Shown one piece after another: positions 36,221 through 50,341 of a DNA stretch of 64,000 nucleotides. The stretch lies in assembly GCA_003427395.1 (NCBI GenBank), contig BFEA01000007.1, positions 3,850,577 through 3,914,576 of the forward strand, read 5' to 3'. The stretch comes from Chara braunii. Taxonomy: Eukaryota; Plantae; Charophyceae. Position numbers and translations under genes: made by a program. Position 1 is the first letter of the stretch. Each line of letters starts with the position of its first letter. The notes under the pieces were generated by a model. It searched no databases. It saw only the letters and a list, made by a program, of their open reading frames with translations, and was not told the origin of the DNA.

Positions 36221-39200
36221 AGTTGCAATATTGGACGACATGTGCGAGGCTTTAATTTCACAGAGTACACGTCATGTCCATGGCATGCGACTCATACAGT
36301 CGCGATTACCTTTCTACGTCTCCGCTCAGGTAATCCTTTCAGCCATTATCACTTGTATATATACCGTTCGGACCAAATACTTCTTTGTTCGGTTGAACCC
36401 TAATCCCTGCAGTCTCCTTTCATCATCGTATCATCGTCGCATTGATGAATCTTCGTCGTCCTGATGTTCTCCTGGTCACGATATGCCGAAACATCCTTTT
36501 TCAAAAAAACTTTGCGCCTACCATCCAATGAAGTATCTTCGTTGTTGTTGATGATTTTCATCGTCCTTATGCTCTTCTGTTCGCGATATGTCGAAACATT
36601 CATTTATGAAAAATCACTTCGCCTTTACATCCAATGATAAGTATCCCGGTAACGTTTATGGTATCCTTCATTCACATCTTTTGTCTTCGTTCGTGAATTT
36701 TATATTTTACATTTATGTTCGGAATGTGAAATTCAGACTTTTGTTTTTCTATCCTTATACATTTTCGAAAAATCTTTGCGACATTACATCCAATGAAGTA
36801 TCCCGATAACGTTTGTGATATCCTTCATTCCCATCTTCTGTCCACGTTCGTGAATTTCATATTTTATATTCGAAATTTGAAATTCGAACTTCAATTTTTT
36901 TATCCTTGCTTGCAGTACTTATATGTTCTCGAAGAACTTTAGATTTTATATTTGAAATTTAGAATTCGGACTATTGTTTTTCGATCCTTGCTTGCAGTGC
37001 TTATGTATTCGCGAATTTCAGAGTGTTATATCGATTCAAATTTTTTGACAGAATCATGAGATCAAGAATCGATTGTACTTAGTTTTGAAAATCCTTTCCT
37101 TCGAAAAATTCTTCGTATGAAACGTTATGCGTCTTTATATCCGCTGGAGCATCCAGGTAAATTTATTGGTTCCTTTTATTCGTTTATTATTTGTACCTAA
37201 CCCTCTGTTCTTGTGAAATTCATATTCCGCTATCTTCCTGTTCTTGTTGCGTACATATTTTGTGTTCATGCATTGTGTCGTTTTGAATCCTTAGTGAAAA
37301 TATTATGGAGTCAAAACAGTTTTTATCCTTGCTTTTTATTTTGCTTTTATTTTTATTTTTGTCGCGTTGGTATTTGAACGGTGCAGTTTCATAACTCGCA
37401 TAATACTTTCATTTTTCTTCGGTGTGACTCTATGTGGTTATATCTCCTGTTTTTGCATATGATTTTATATGTGTGATTCTTGGGTATCTCGGATCTTGGT
37501 TCTCTGAAAAATTTTGTTCGGTAGAATGTCGTCATGTTGATTTATCTTTCAACATCAAGTCAAGGTGGTTTTATATTTCGATTCATTTTTATCTGCTCGC
37601 TACGTATCTTTTATTTTATCACTTTTTTTTTGTCTTCCATTTTCAAAAATTTGAGGAAGACCTTACGCATTGTGTTGTCTTTTCAATTACTGAGAAATGC
37701 CAAAATCGCTGAAAGTGTTGTCTTCCACGGGTATTCCAACAATACGAGTTTCGTACAATATAATCCCATTACGACGGGTACTCACGTATGTCATTGGTGT
37801 GCGCTACCATTATGTGCTACGTGCCGATGATCGTTAACACTTTGGTGTTCACAGAACGGACACTCATGAAATGACGGATAGACCGAAAAGAGAGAGAGGT
37901 TAACATCCGTCCTCGAGTGTAACTTCATTCTTGAGTTTATGCGTACATTTCAAACAGGGTTCGTGATCCATTTTTATAATTATTATTTCTAAGTAATTTC
38001 ATTCTGTACTTTGTGTATTGTATGTATGTCTAACTCGGAATTCATGCATGTACTTTCTTTTGTGTTGTTGTTCCAATTTGCAATTATTATGTGCATCCCA
38101 TCATCAACAAACCGCATCTCATGTATGAGTTTTTTGCTTTGTAATTGCCTTCTCTGCTCCAATGAGTCTTGTCTGCATGTTTCCCGCTTTACTCATCTCC
38201 CTACCTGACTTCTTTGGTTGTGTCGTTTCCAGTGTCTTGTCAATCATTGTCTTCAGGTCCAATGCCATCAATGGCTTGGTTGTCCTCTCATCCACTGGCC
38301 CCGTTTTCTTCTCGCCAACATTACCATTGATGTCCATCTTCACCGCTTGTGTGTGCTTCTTGTTGTCCGTCATCTTCATTGTTCTTTGCACAACGATTAT
38401 CTTCATCTTCTTTTCGTCTTGATGCAAAGATCACCTCCTTGAGAACGACTGTGAACCATGCTCTATCACCTGGTGGATGGGTTTCTTTATCTTCCTCGTC
38501 TTGATGCAAAGATCACCACCTTGAGATCGGTTGTGAACCACACTATATCACCTAGCGATAGAAACTCATTACGCCTTGGTTCCCACTGCTATCGTCCAAA
38601 TCTACTTGGTGAGTCGGATTATGTACTTCTCCACCTTCCTGACGTTGATCCTGATCTACATCTACGGTCACGTGGTGTCCTGGATCTCCCCCGTTTGATT
38701 CACTTTCTTCTATGTGACGTTGTTGACGATGATGATGGGTGTCTGCACCTCCATCTTGATGACGATGAACATGGACGCACCATCTTCCCTTAAGTATTTG
38801 GTACCTTGATTGTCGTTCCTCCACAAAAACAACCCAATAGATAACTGATCAGATACGCTATCCCCGGAGATGCTATCATCAGTGATAAGATATCGCTAAG
38901 GTATTGGTAAAACTAGATGTAATTGCACTCAAATGCAAATGATTCAATTAATTCAAACAATCCAAATAACAATGATAAGCAACAACACGAAAAGAAAAGA
39001 AAAGAAATGAAATCACAAAAGGTGAATCTCCATCGCTATAGTATAAAGTCCTGCAGTATCATGATAAATTCGCTAGGAGACACAACCGAATAGTTCTCTT
39101 GCTGCAACCACTACGCCACATGTTACTACAACCAATCGAGCCTACGCGACATAGGTATGGGTATGGTAAATGTATACCAACCTCAAGTCAGTGTTGATAT

Positions 39201-39235
39201 TCACGGGTGCTTCCCGGAAGTTCAAAGCACCGTGC

Positions 39236-39238
<3 letters not shown>

Positions 39239-39285
<47 letters not shown>

Positions 39286-39453
39286 NNNNNNNNNNNNNNN
39301 NNNNNNNNNNNNNNNNNNNNNNNNNNNNNNNNNNNNNNNNNNNNNNNNNNNNNNNNNNNNNNNNNNNNNNNNNNNNNNNNNNNNNNNNNNNNNNNNNNNN
39401 NNNNNNNNNNNNNNNNNNNNNNNNNNNNNNNNNNNNNNNNNNNNNNNNNNNNN

Positions 39454-39512
<59 letters not shown>
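39239..39512. repeat. (GA)n microsatellite spanning a gap
   Basis: Direct reading; other GA/CT tracts at 48448-48576, 58324-58368 and 61234-61310. Confidence 0.95.
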
Positions 39513-39515
<3 letters not shown>

Positions 39516-40398
39516 AAAAGGACACAATGACACAAGCGTGTGCAAATCCACGAATGTGTCCACCAAGAGATGTACTCAACAACTGTTTTATCCATGTGGA
39601 CAGTAAAGGGAAATTTGAAGTTAGCAGAATGGCCTCAACGGGTGCCTGCTACCTCTGAATTAGAGGTTGACGACTAGCAAGCTCGAGCTTTTTGAATGCC
39701 TGGTCCCACGAGACCACGGGGAGAAGGAGAGGGATGTTCTTGATAAGAAGTGACAGACAAAGGTGAGGAGATGTGATTAACAACATGACCTAGGGGGATG
39801 ATGTAAAAAGTGGAAGGAGGGAGGATAAGGAGGAAAATGGGTACCTGTAGCAATAGTAGTAGTAGTAGTGGTAGTAGTAATCAACTTAACTATTAAATCG
39901 ACAGCCGTGGCCCGGAAGACACTTCCCAACAGGCCCACAAAAAATAGTTGCCAAAGATCGGCGGATTGCTCCTCCCATGTATCTTCCAAGGCAAAGCCGA
40001 ATGACCCCCCCAAAAAAGTGCACTGCACTCCTCACCCCTACGTGGAAAAAGCGACTAAGCGAAAACGAAATGTGAATTCGACCCCATACCCGTACATCGG
40101 GAAACAGAAAAAAAAGAAAGAGCAGCATGGAGAAACCAGCCGAGTTTGCGTGGTGGTTTTCCACATTTTCTTTTCTTGAGGGCAGTGCAACCATACCTCG
40201 GGGGTTTGAATCCATAGGGTCGCTCTAAGTCGGGTGTGAGATTGAAGTTTTTGTTGTCGTCATTAGTTATGCAATACAACCTGTCTTTTCAGGTGTCCTG
40301 TTCTAATACAAGTACATATCGCAACGTTCCGGTTTCTACAGGGGAGTCCTCTTATTCTTTTATGCTCCTCTATGCAGAGGTGAGGGGCTCGAACCACC

Positions 40399-40522
40399 TT
40401 TTTTTTTTCTAATAGCCATAAATAGAGGTGCTTATACGAGCAGATAACCCTATCATCCCTGTGGCTGGCTCCTATCTATTGGTGGGGAGCAGCACCTGCT
40501 GGAAAACAAGTTCAGTATCCCT
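40399..40522 (-). mobile_element. Diverged LINE-type 3' end (motif B, terminal hairpin, poly(A))
   Basis: Minus strand agggatactgaacttgttttccagcaggtgctgctccccaccaatagataggagcc..ctgctcgtataagcacc.. followed by an A-tract. Confidence 0.7.
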
Positions 40523-40729
40523 CACAGTTGAAACTGAAACAGTACATTGGGGCCTGTGCCTTTGCAGCCACCTTGTGACCGCCTACATAGCCTGCAACCC
40601 TAGCATACACCTTCCTTTTGTTGAGAGATGAGTAACCGGAACTCCCACCTTTTGATACCCTCTGCGTTCTACATCCCATACCACTGTAGATAAACCAGAG
40701 AGAGGGTGTGGGGGTAAAAGATCTCCAAA

Positions 40730-43549
40730 GGCAGCAGTTCACAGCTGTGTCCAACATGATAGTCAATTGGGGCACCAAGACCTTGGGGTGGTGGATTCAT
40801 CACCAAGAGGTGCGCCCTCCCGAGCAGCCGCAGGTTAAATGGCTACCCATGGAGGCTCCGATCCGGGTTTTGGGCATCATGATGACTGCCTTTGGCAGAC
40901 CAGCCTCGAATGATGACTGGATCTTGAAACCCGCGCTCGAAAAGATCGCCCTCTCGAATGACAAGCGGACATCGCTGATGGGCAAAACCTTGGTCATCAA
41001 CAACGTTGTACCTCACTATGGTACAAATATGTGATATGGGCCCTTAGGAAAGAGGTTGTCAAAGCATTGAAGGGACAGGTTAACGCACAACTTTGAAGGG
41101 GGGACAACACTCTTTCTACTGAGATCACTTGAGTCGCCTGGCCGATCGTTATTCAGCCAAGAGACAAAGAGGGTCTAAGAATTATGGACCCGGCTATCCA
41201 GGTTATGGTATTGACGGGCCAATGGATCAGGTGGCTGCTATTCACCCCCCATCCCCCGTGGGCGGCCTTGGCCTTTGAACAAATTGCACGTTTGGCTCCC
41301 CAGACCCTTCGTGAGGTCCACCTGCTGACCTGGCTTGAAGACCGCTTTTGGTCCATTCCCCGCCCCTCCCAATCCCCAAGGAACACAAAAAGGAGGGTTG
41401 TCAGGCGAGACTTGGTCGGGGATGATTTCTGGATCAGGGCCCTTCGCGCATGGCGCCAACTTCCCCTACCAGACAAGGGCAGGCCGTCCAGGTGGGAGGA
41501 GATGGCAAGACAACCTCTCTTCGGGCACATACACATCACTGATCGACACGGGAGGGTATACTATAGTTCGGCCCCCCCATGGAACAACTGGGTCAAAAGG
41601 GGGGTGATAAGAATCAGGGACAGATGGGACGTGGAAGAAAAGAACTGGCAAACAAAAGAAAAGCTAAAACCCCTTCTAAAACATTACCATCACGTGGTGA
41701 AGCACCTGGAGGTACTAATATTTTTTGTACCCCTGGATTGGGTGCACATCCTACGCAAAGGACCATGCCTACAAGAGGGAGACTGGGTGGCTATACCGGG
41801 TGATCCAGAAAGCGTGGGGAACATGGTGGTTGTACACACCAAGGAAGCACTGGTGAACTTGTTTCATCGGGAACATGACAATAGGCTAAAGAGGTACCAC
41901 CCTGATGTGCTGAAATGGTGGAAAAAGACAGATTGCACCGCATTTGGGTACTCCATTCGCAGGAGGACTGGTTCACTTTCTTCCCAGAAACCTCGCCGGA
42001 GGACCTTGCCAGTGAAACCTGCCTACCGCTTCCTGAGACCAAGGGTAAATGTGAAAGAAATTATGAGAGAGCGATGGCTAACCCATCTGAACGTGGGAAA
42101 GGACTCAGTTCGACCCATAAGGTGGTTTAAGGCCACGAGATCCAAACCGACAAAACTGGCTTCGCTGCAGTGGCAGATAGAGCACCGCTGCCTCCTAACC
42201 AATAACTGACTAATTGATCGAACCTGCCTGGAACAAAAAGGCTTAGCGCTACCACGGTGTCACTCCTGTTTGGCCTCCTTTCGCCACCGAAAGATCGCGG
42301 AAACCACAAAGCATATCTTTCTGCAATGCCCAGGGGTGATTCTCACGTTGCGATGGTGGAACAACATCTGGCGACAGCTCGGCACTACATCCACATGGCC
42401 ATGGGACTGGAGAACCCTCTTATGTGAAGCCTGGTCTTCCCCCACGGACTGTCCTTTTGAAAACATGTTTACAACGGGGAGGAGAGCTATCATTTGGGCT
42501 CTTTGGTGGAAAAGGTGCATACTCGCGATTGAAGGTGTCAGGATAGAGGGGGAAGAGGTCACCAAAATGGTTAAGCAATATATTCAAGAAGAGCTCATGC
42601 AACAATGGCAAAGTGTGAAAGCAAAACTGGAAACGAAAAAAGACATAATGCAAGCTATCCGACAGTTTTCCAGGGAATGGCTGGGGAGGGAGGGCAAGAT
42701 AGCCCACATTTGTTGGGAGGGAGGACAGTCTTCAAAAGGGGGTGAAGACANTTTCCAGGGAATGGCTGGGGAGGGAGGGCAAGATAGCCCACATTTGTTG
42801 GGAGGGAGGACAGTCTTCAAAAGGGGGTGAAGACAAGCTCAAAAGACACTATGGTATCTGCTTTAGCAATTGGACCAAGGTAGATGGGGCGGTTCCTCTG
42901 CGCCCTCCTGATTTCCCCGATCCCTTTCCACGCCATGGACTCTCCATCGTAGATCTACATTGGTACGGAGCGATGTAGGCTTTACCTGCTCAGTCAATCC
43001 CCTGGCTTCAGCGTAATCAATGCTGGCAGGACGGCAGTGAGCTCAGCTGATTAGGGATCTTCAATAGCCAGCTCAGCGGAGTGTAAGTACAGCTCCATCT
43101 CTATCTCTGTTTGCCAGAATGCCAGCAGTTGCTGCTCCCCACCAATGGATGGAGCCTCCCAAGAATGCTGGGGGCGTCCGGAGGTTAAAAAAAAGGGGGG
43201 GGAAATGCTAGTATGGTTTCATTATGGCTCAGGGGGAGGGAGGAACTAGCGTGTAGCTGTGTATCTGGCGCCGAATGCAGGGTGAAGAGGTTCCCCCCTC
43301 CTTCCAATATCCTGCTCAGTCAATCCCCTCGATCCCAGGGCAATCGATGCTGGCAGGAACACTCCATAACTTCTTTCTGATGTACTCCAAATTCAGTCTG
43401 TATAAGGGACGCTGGACCCGCTTTCCAGCAGGTGATGCTCCCCACCAATAGATGGAGCCTCTCCCCAGGTGCTAGTGGTTTCTGCTCTTATCAGCACCAC
43501 TAACACTGGTGGGAAAGTTTCTTTAAAAAAAAAAAAAAAAAAAAAAAAA
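40730..43549 (+). mobile_element. 5'-truncated, decayed LINE of the same clade (ORF2 3' half, 3' UTR, poly(A))
   Basis: QFTAVSNMIVNWGTKTLGWW, TWLEDRFW, QPLFG, WQIEHRCL, HIFLQCPG and FPDPFP match ORF2 at 19863-22120; A-tract at 43525-43549. Confidence 0.92.
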
Positions 43550-43859
43550 GTACGTAGTTGGACCGACCCATCAAGAACCGTCTCTTCACGAAAGTGAAAA
43601 CGATAGTCCTTGGTTGGGCAGTCCTGATCATCCATGCCCATTCCGCATTGCCGTTTACCCTCACCCATCCATCCCCCTTGATCTCCCCCCAACGAATCGT
43701 TGCTGAACTGCTTTATTTCTGTTTGGAACTTCGGATTTCCTTTCTCGTGTGTAAAAGTGACAGCTTTTCTTTTGTTGCGTCCCCTCGTGTCTGGATGCTT
43801 GTTTGTATGTACTGCCGGGTGTTGTCTGTCAGTTCATTCCTATCCAGCTTGACACTCCA

Positions 43860-44122
43860 TTTCTAGCGTACATCGCCTGATCCACAGAGCCCAGAGGACT
43901 GAACTTCCTACCAAGCTCAAACATGTTTTGTGTGAATTGGTTGGCCTGGTCTGTGTTCCAAGACCCACACAGTATCGCTCTCCAGTCCCAAGACCACTGA
44001 TGATCTGTACACACTGTCCCCAAATCCGGTCCCACCATCTCCATACCCAGACCGAGCTAGGACATTGCATAAAAATGTGTTCGATGGTTTCTGGGATCCG
44101 CCTAGTTGGGAACCCACTGTTG
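43860..44122 (-). mobile_element. Third LINE copy, zf-RVT fragment
   Basis: RRIPETIEHIFMQCP..WRWWDRIW..WDWRAILC..NMFELGR. Confidence 0.85.
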
Positions 44123-47100
44123 CAGTCTTCGATTCCCGAACACAATGTCGAAGTAAGTCACACTGAAGCACAAGCACTGAGGCCGAAAACTGAATGCCCG
44201 TACTGGGCTTGAGTCCGGTCTTAAGTACAGGACTCAAGTTCAGTTGGGAGGGCAGAAGTGCCATTGCCTCAGAACTGAACTGAGAATCGAAAGTCTGAGT
44301 CTGGGTGCCAGAATGTCGGATGGCGCCAAGTGTCGAAAAATCCGAAAGTGCCAAAGGAGGGATTTGACAAGGAGCGCCAACTGCAGAGGGTGCCAACAGT
44401 CAGAAACCGAAGAGCAGGAAATAAAAATAAAATAAAATAGCAAGCTGGCGGGTGGTACCCCGCGGACCAGGGATCGAGCCCTGGCTGAGTCCGTAACACT
44501 ATCCCCTCCCTCTAGAAGGCAACATCCCGGCTGCCAAAAGCCATGAAACGATGCTGAAGTCTGTGAAGGACGTGACGGGGCCGATCACTGGTCAACATGT
44601 CAAAAGGAAGAGGGGTATAATGTGGGTGGCCTGGGTCGGGAAGTAAGAGGGAACAGGGTTATCCTATCAACGAGCTAAGGGGTTTTGCAGGAATCAGGGT
44701 AGTTCTACTGATGTGCTAAGGGGGCTGGGAATCACAGGGAACAGGGTAATCCTACTCGTGAACTAAGGGGTTGGAAACAACGGGGAAACAAGGTAATTCT
44801 ACTGATGACTAGGAGGTTCAGGGCAAAACAGGTTATGTGGTCCTAAAAAAAAAGGAAATTTGGCTTGCGATGTACGGGGCGGGGTTGCTGAGGGTCCGGG
44901 ATTTAGTGGTACAGGTTGAAAGTTCTGTGTAGCAGTCCATGTAGATGTCTTGAGAACAGGTCTTGAAAGGTGTCGCAGAAGTGTCGGTGAGAAAGCAGTC
45001 TTCAGCAGGTCTGTGATGTGGACGGCGAGAGCTTCAGCTTGAATGTCCCAGTAGCAGGATGCGTCCGGTACTCGGATCTGGTGCTGAGGTCTGATCTGGA
45101 TAGCGGGTCGCAGACTGATCTTGATGTCCCTGTCAAAGGTGCTGCTCAAGAAGTCTGCGAGTCCAAGGTGCCGGCCAAAGGGAACAGCATGGTGGCCAAC
45201 CAGCTGTCTTATCTCCTCGTACTAAGTTGCAGCATGCCATCGTCCTCGTGCGCTTGCCATTAGATCCATTATCGTCGGCGACGCGCAGGGGCCACATAGG
45301 GAACTTGGACAAGACGGACAAGGATGCGGCGGAGGACAGATGGGAGAAGGGGGCAAGACGGAGGCAAGAGCGGATCAGACAGAGGGAGGTCAAGGGGCAA
45401 GGGCTTTGCTGGGGACGGGTGTGTGTAGGGCAGGAATGCGGGTTTTTGGCGGGGTCAAGGCGGGGTTTATGCAGGGGTTTAAGGTTGGGGATGTTTCTAG
45501 GTTATAGGGTGAGCGCGATCATAGGCGCGAACAAGTTTCATAGCGTTCTTGAGATTAGAGAGAGGTTCCCATGTAGATTCTTCATCGGGGTATCCAGTCC
45601 ATTTGACTTTGTATTCTTTGATCGGTTCCGGATGGTCTGATACCTGTGTAGTTCGTCATCCTATGATGGATTCTACTACGAATTCCGGGCCTGTGGGAAG
45701 CATGATTGATGGAGGTCGGGGGTAAGGTCGGTCAGCAAATTGAGGTGGGGATTCATGATACTCTTTTAGGTATTCTATGTGGAAGACAGGGTGGACACGA
45801 CTCATGTCAGGGGAGAGTTGGAGTTTGTAGTTAACGTTGGAGGTTTTTTCAATGATGGGGAAGGGTCTGAGCCATTTGTTCGAGAGTTTCTTTGACAATC
45901 CATGTTCGGGTTCGAAGCATTTGGTGGAGAGCCAGACTTTGTCCCCTACTTTGAATTGCAAGTCTTGTCTGTGTTTGTTAATCTTGTTTGCTTCTTGTTC
46001 TTGTGTTCTTTCAAGGGCTTCGGTTGCTTCTATGAGGACTCGACTCATTGTTACTACCCATTCATTGAGGGAAGGGCAGGGTGTGGAGGGGTTGAGCTGC
46101 GAGGGGAGCAGGAAGCCGGAGGGCAAGCGAGGATGGTAGCCAAGGTCGAGGTAGCGGTGCGCGGGGAGAGAGGTGCGCGGTGTATCGCACGGGAGGTGGG
46201 AAGAAGGTGGGGGAAGCGGGAGCGAGATCGGGGAGACAGGGAGAAGTTGGGGAGGGAGGAAAAAGGATCCCACTGGGGGGGGAAGAAGATAGCGCGGGGT
46301 TTGGGAGTTCGGAAGGGCGGGGGGGGTCCGCGTGGGGGATCGCGAAGTCGCGGGAGGGCGGGGAGTAGGATTGTTGGGTAGGCAGCCGGGGGGAATAGCG
46401 CGCGGGAAGAGAGGTGGAGATGGCACGTAGGAGGAAGGGGGAATGAAGACGAGGAAGAAGAAGACGAAGGAGGAGGGATGACGACTACGATGAGGAGAAA
46501 GAAGAAGAACGGGGGGGAAGGAGGATTGAAGAGGACGAGAAAGAACAATAATCGAGGGAGGAAAGGAAGGAGGAAAGGAAGCGATGACGACGACGACTAG
46601 GGGAAGAAGAAGAAGAAATGAGGGGGGAGGAGAAAAAAAAGAAAGTTTACTGGTCACTTACCTGCACGTCGGCTTTGGGATCAGTGGCGTTGCAGCAGCG
46701 ACGAGGGAGGCAGCAAGGTGCTGACGTGGCAATGGGGACAACGACAGGTACGAGGCGCTGACGTGGCAGCGATGACGACGACGAAGATGATGACGATGGC
46801 GATGATGTGGCAACGACGGCGACGACGATGACGTGGCAACGATGGCGACGATGATAGAACAGGGCGGGAGGGAGGGCCGAAGCCGCTCCGATACCAGTGT
46901 GACGAGGCAGAGGCAGAGGCAGAGGCACAGTAGCGAGGCTGAGGGAGAGAGAGGAGCGGGTGAGAGCACACACACACTCACTCAACTTGACGCAGACTCG
47001 ACAAGACTTGACGGACGCATACACGAAGTGGCAAAGTCGCAAAGTCACAGTCTTCGATTCCCGAACACAATGTCGAAGCAAGTTACACTGAAGCACAAGC

Positions 47101-47423
47101 ACTGAGGCCGAAAACTGAATGCCCGTACTGGGTTTCAGCCCGGTCTTAAGTACCGGACTCAAGTTCAGTCCGGAGGGCAGAAGTGCCATTGCCTGAGGAC
47201 TGAACTGAGAATCGAAAGTCTGAGTCTGGGCGCCAAAATGTCGGATGGCGCCAAGTGTCGAAATCCGAAAGTGCCAAAGGAGGGATTTGAAAACGGGTGC
47301 CAACTGCAGAGGGCGCCAACAGTCAGAAACCGAAGAGCAGGAAAAAAAAAATAGAAAAAAAATAGCAGGCTGGTGGGTGGTACCCCGCGGACCAGCGATC
47401 GAGCCCTGGCTGAGTCCGTAACA
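44123..47423 (-). mobile_element. Internally deleted chromovirus LTR element inserted into the third LINE
   Basis: 5' LTR 46898-47423 (TGTTACG..CGTCACA), PBS tggtatcggagc at 46885-46896, PPT agagggaggggatag at 44499-44513, truncated 3' LTR 44123-44498; only integrase C-terminus/chromodomain retained. Confidence 0.9.
45500..46045 (-). pseudogene. Chromovirus integrase C-terminus plus chromodomain
   Basis: FKVGDKVWL..KKLSNKWLRPF..VHPVFHIEYLKEY..EFVVESIIG*..YKVKWTGYPDEESTWEP. Confidence 0.85.
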
Positions 47424-48290
47424 ACCTCCTCCCATCGTTCCGGGGGAATCTTATCTGGGAGAGGGCGTTTCCGCCATGTTTTAAGTGTGGTGATCCAGAA
47501 AGGATCGTTTGGGACGTCCATGCCGACGTCCTGCCTATCGCTTTGGCCATCAATGGGAGACTTACGCGGAATGGGCCAATATCTATCCTCTTGCCACATT
47601 AGCAGGTCAGTGCCAAGGGGGCGTGGGCGTGCCAGTCTCCTCAGTTGCTCCATGACAAGCGGTGAGTTGTGAGTAATGTAGTAACGTTGGATCCTTCTCA
47701 GAGCCAGTGCCATCAGTTGTGTTGACGGGTCAATGATCCCCAATCCCCCTCTTGATTTGGGCTGGACCATTGACTCCCATGCTACCCTACTTACTAATCA
47801 CATATTTCTGCTCGTAATTCCCTCTCCATTGGGAGGCCGCCACCTGTCTTTGGAGTGATTGCAGGGAACCTTTGCTTACTGCCGATGCGGACGACCTATA
47901 CCAGAGGGTTGCCAGAACAACATTGTTAATGACAGGCACGGCCCATCAGAGAGGTGTGTTTGCCCTTCCAGTGGGCCAACTTATGAAGGACAGGCATGTA
48001 TATCCATTCATCGTTAGTGGCCGGCCTTCCTTCTGCTGGCATAAGTACACCCAACACTCTAATGACGGCCTGTGTTCGAGGCCACTTGATTTGCAGGCTT
48101 TCTGGTGGCCTCCCTCCCTGGTAATGAATCCACCATCCCGTTGTTTTGCTTCCCCAGTTCACAGCCTTGTCGGAGAGTTCACAAAAGCGATCCATCAGTT
48201 GTTTAACTAGCAACATATTTTCAGGAGAGGAACCTACCATCAGGGTGAGGTCATCAGTGGACATAGCGTAGATGGGGATAGCTTCTGAAG
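47424..48290 (-). mobile_element. Third LINE copy, RT/thumb fragment
   Basis: DDLTLMV..VNWGSKTTGWWIH..WKGKHTSLMGRA..QPKSRGGLGIIDP..WQEDRYW..RWEEV. Confidence 0.88.
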
Positions 48291-48447
48291 GGATTGGGGT
48301 TACTTGGATTTTCTGTATATATTGGTTTGTGCAGAGGTTTGCAACGCCCGCGGCGTGCCTGGACTTGCACTAGTAGTATGAGAAAGAGGAGGAGGAGAGA
48401 AGGACATTACAAGGGGATGAATGTTAGGACACTGAAGAAAACTCCCT

Positions 48448-48481
<34 letters not shown>

Positions 48482-48519
48482 GGGAGAGGGAGAGAGAGAG
48501 AGGGAGAGAGAGAGAGAGG

Positions 48520-48577
<58 letters not shown>

Positions 48578-49208
48578 AGGATGGAAAGCAGAAGTCAGAC
48601 AATGATAATATAAGAGATAAGAGAAACTCAGACAAGCAACACGCGAGCATATCTAAGTTCAGGCAAGCAGTACTGTGAGAAGACAAGATGACATTTGGAA
48701 ACATGTTTCAACAGCACCTCTTCTCTCTGCCCCTGCTCAGTATCTGAGAGAGAGAGAGGGAAAAGAGGGGAACATCGTTCCAAGAAACTGCTGCATGCAC
48801 TGAGGTCCAAAGCACGGACAACCTGAATTGAGCACTCCTATGGAACATGTCCTTTTTTCTTGTGTTTTCCTTGTCCTCAGAAAACCCCACAATGGAATTG
48901 CTCGCACTAAACTCCCTCAATACTTTTCTCCTTTGAACTCCGAAGACGGGTTAAAGGCAGCTTTGCCATCACCACATGCCACGCCAATCCATACACATGA
49001 GTGGGGGTGTGTCGAGCATAAAAACAATCCATCAAGCACAACGTCCAGTGCTGCACAACACTCTTGAGCTTTCAGAAAAATGACCTCAATCTAGAAAATG
49101 AATCCATCGGATTCCATCCAAAAAAAAAAAGAAAAAAGGATCCATATTTACAACAAAGCCTCCGTGTCTTACAGGCATGCCTCGCCAGACAAATCACACA
49201 CTCGACTA

Positions 49209-49313
49209 CCGTCTTCACCCGAATAGAACGCCTGGTCACTATAGCTGCATCTGGACTGAAAGTTGGCACAAATACAGCTATAATGACCGGGTGTTCTATT
49301 CAGGTGAAGACGG
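49209..49313. mobile_element. 105-bp Tc1/mariner(pogo)-type MITE, TA target duplication
   Basis: cTA|CCGTCTTCACCCGAATAGAAC...GTTCTATTCAGGTGAAGACGG|TAg. Confidence 0.8.
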
Positions 49314-49567
49314 TAGCCAGATCTTAGGACGTCTCTTTGGTGGCATTGGCAACAAATAAGTACTATACACAGGATACATCAGGGGAGCTTGACCCTCACA
49401 CAAGGTACTAACCTGACATATCAGTGAACAGGCAGGACAGCTAAAAGCTGGACAGCAAATCATCAGAGAAGAAAGCCATAAGCGTGAAAGCATGTTAAAA
49501 GGGGCAGTGGCACAGAGACGGCATAGCAGTCAAGGGGAGAGTCTGTTCAGCTGCACAGGGAGAACTA

Positions 49568-49672
49568 TCGTGTTCCCCCGAACATAATGCACCCTGATAA
49601 CGACTTTATACAAGCTATCTTTCAGGTCCCATACAGCCAAAATGAGGGTGTGTTGTGTTCGCGGGAAGACGG
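49568..49672. mobile_element. 105-bp MITE, diverged copy in opposite orientation
   Basis: cTA|TCGTGTTCCCCCGAACATAA...TTGTGTTCGCGGGAAGACGG|TAg. Confidence 0.7.
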
Positions 49673-50341
49673 TAGGGCTGCTGCCAATGCCTACAAGGAG
49701 GGTATAGACAGCTCTCAGCGAAACTGGACTTTCTCAATCCCTTCAACAAAACGCAGCCCTGACTGTCCTGACAGTATGATCAAGAAAGTAACAGTCCCCG
49801 CTCGCGAGATTGCAACCCTTCCAGGATCAAAGAATGTGTACTCGCAGCGCTGTCAAAGGAACAGTGGGCACCATGACAGTTAGACTGAGAAGCTGAGGCA
49901 TGGGAAAAGTGACGCAACAGACTGTAAGATGACACCACATTCAGAGTCAATGGACTTCTGACTTCAATACCCAGTGGCACTGGCCTTAATTGAAGCTACA
50001 TCTATCCTTCCAGACGCTGAAGTCAAGAGTGAGCTGTCGTGATGGCATGAGTACCACTGGCAAGGGTTTGAACTATTTCCCCCAGTTGTACAGGAGGAAG
50101 GGGAAAGGATGGGGAGCTGATGGAGATACTGATATTTGCAGGCATACCTCACCATTCACATGTGCAATGCTCCAGGCTCCTGAGCTGTCGCTTCCATTGC
50201 TCAACGGTGCGTAGAGGAAGGAATGGAGAAAGTTTGGGGGGCAACCTCCTGACTGACTCTGCAGACATAGGAGCAAACCATGCATGCATCCACAAATTCT
50301 GACTGATCCTGCAAGATGTAGGAGCAGCAGCACTATCATGG

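Noticed and set aside
38119-38824. Short charged ORFs in an AT-rich repeat region
   Set aside because: No recognisable domain, fragmented, and no supporting splice structure
45656-46657. 333-aa ORF as a novel protein
   Set aside because: Low-complexity leader fused by deletion to an integrase fragment
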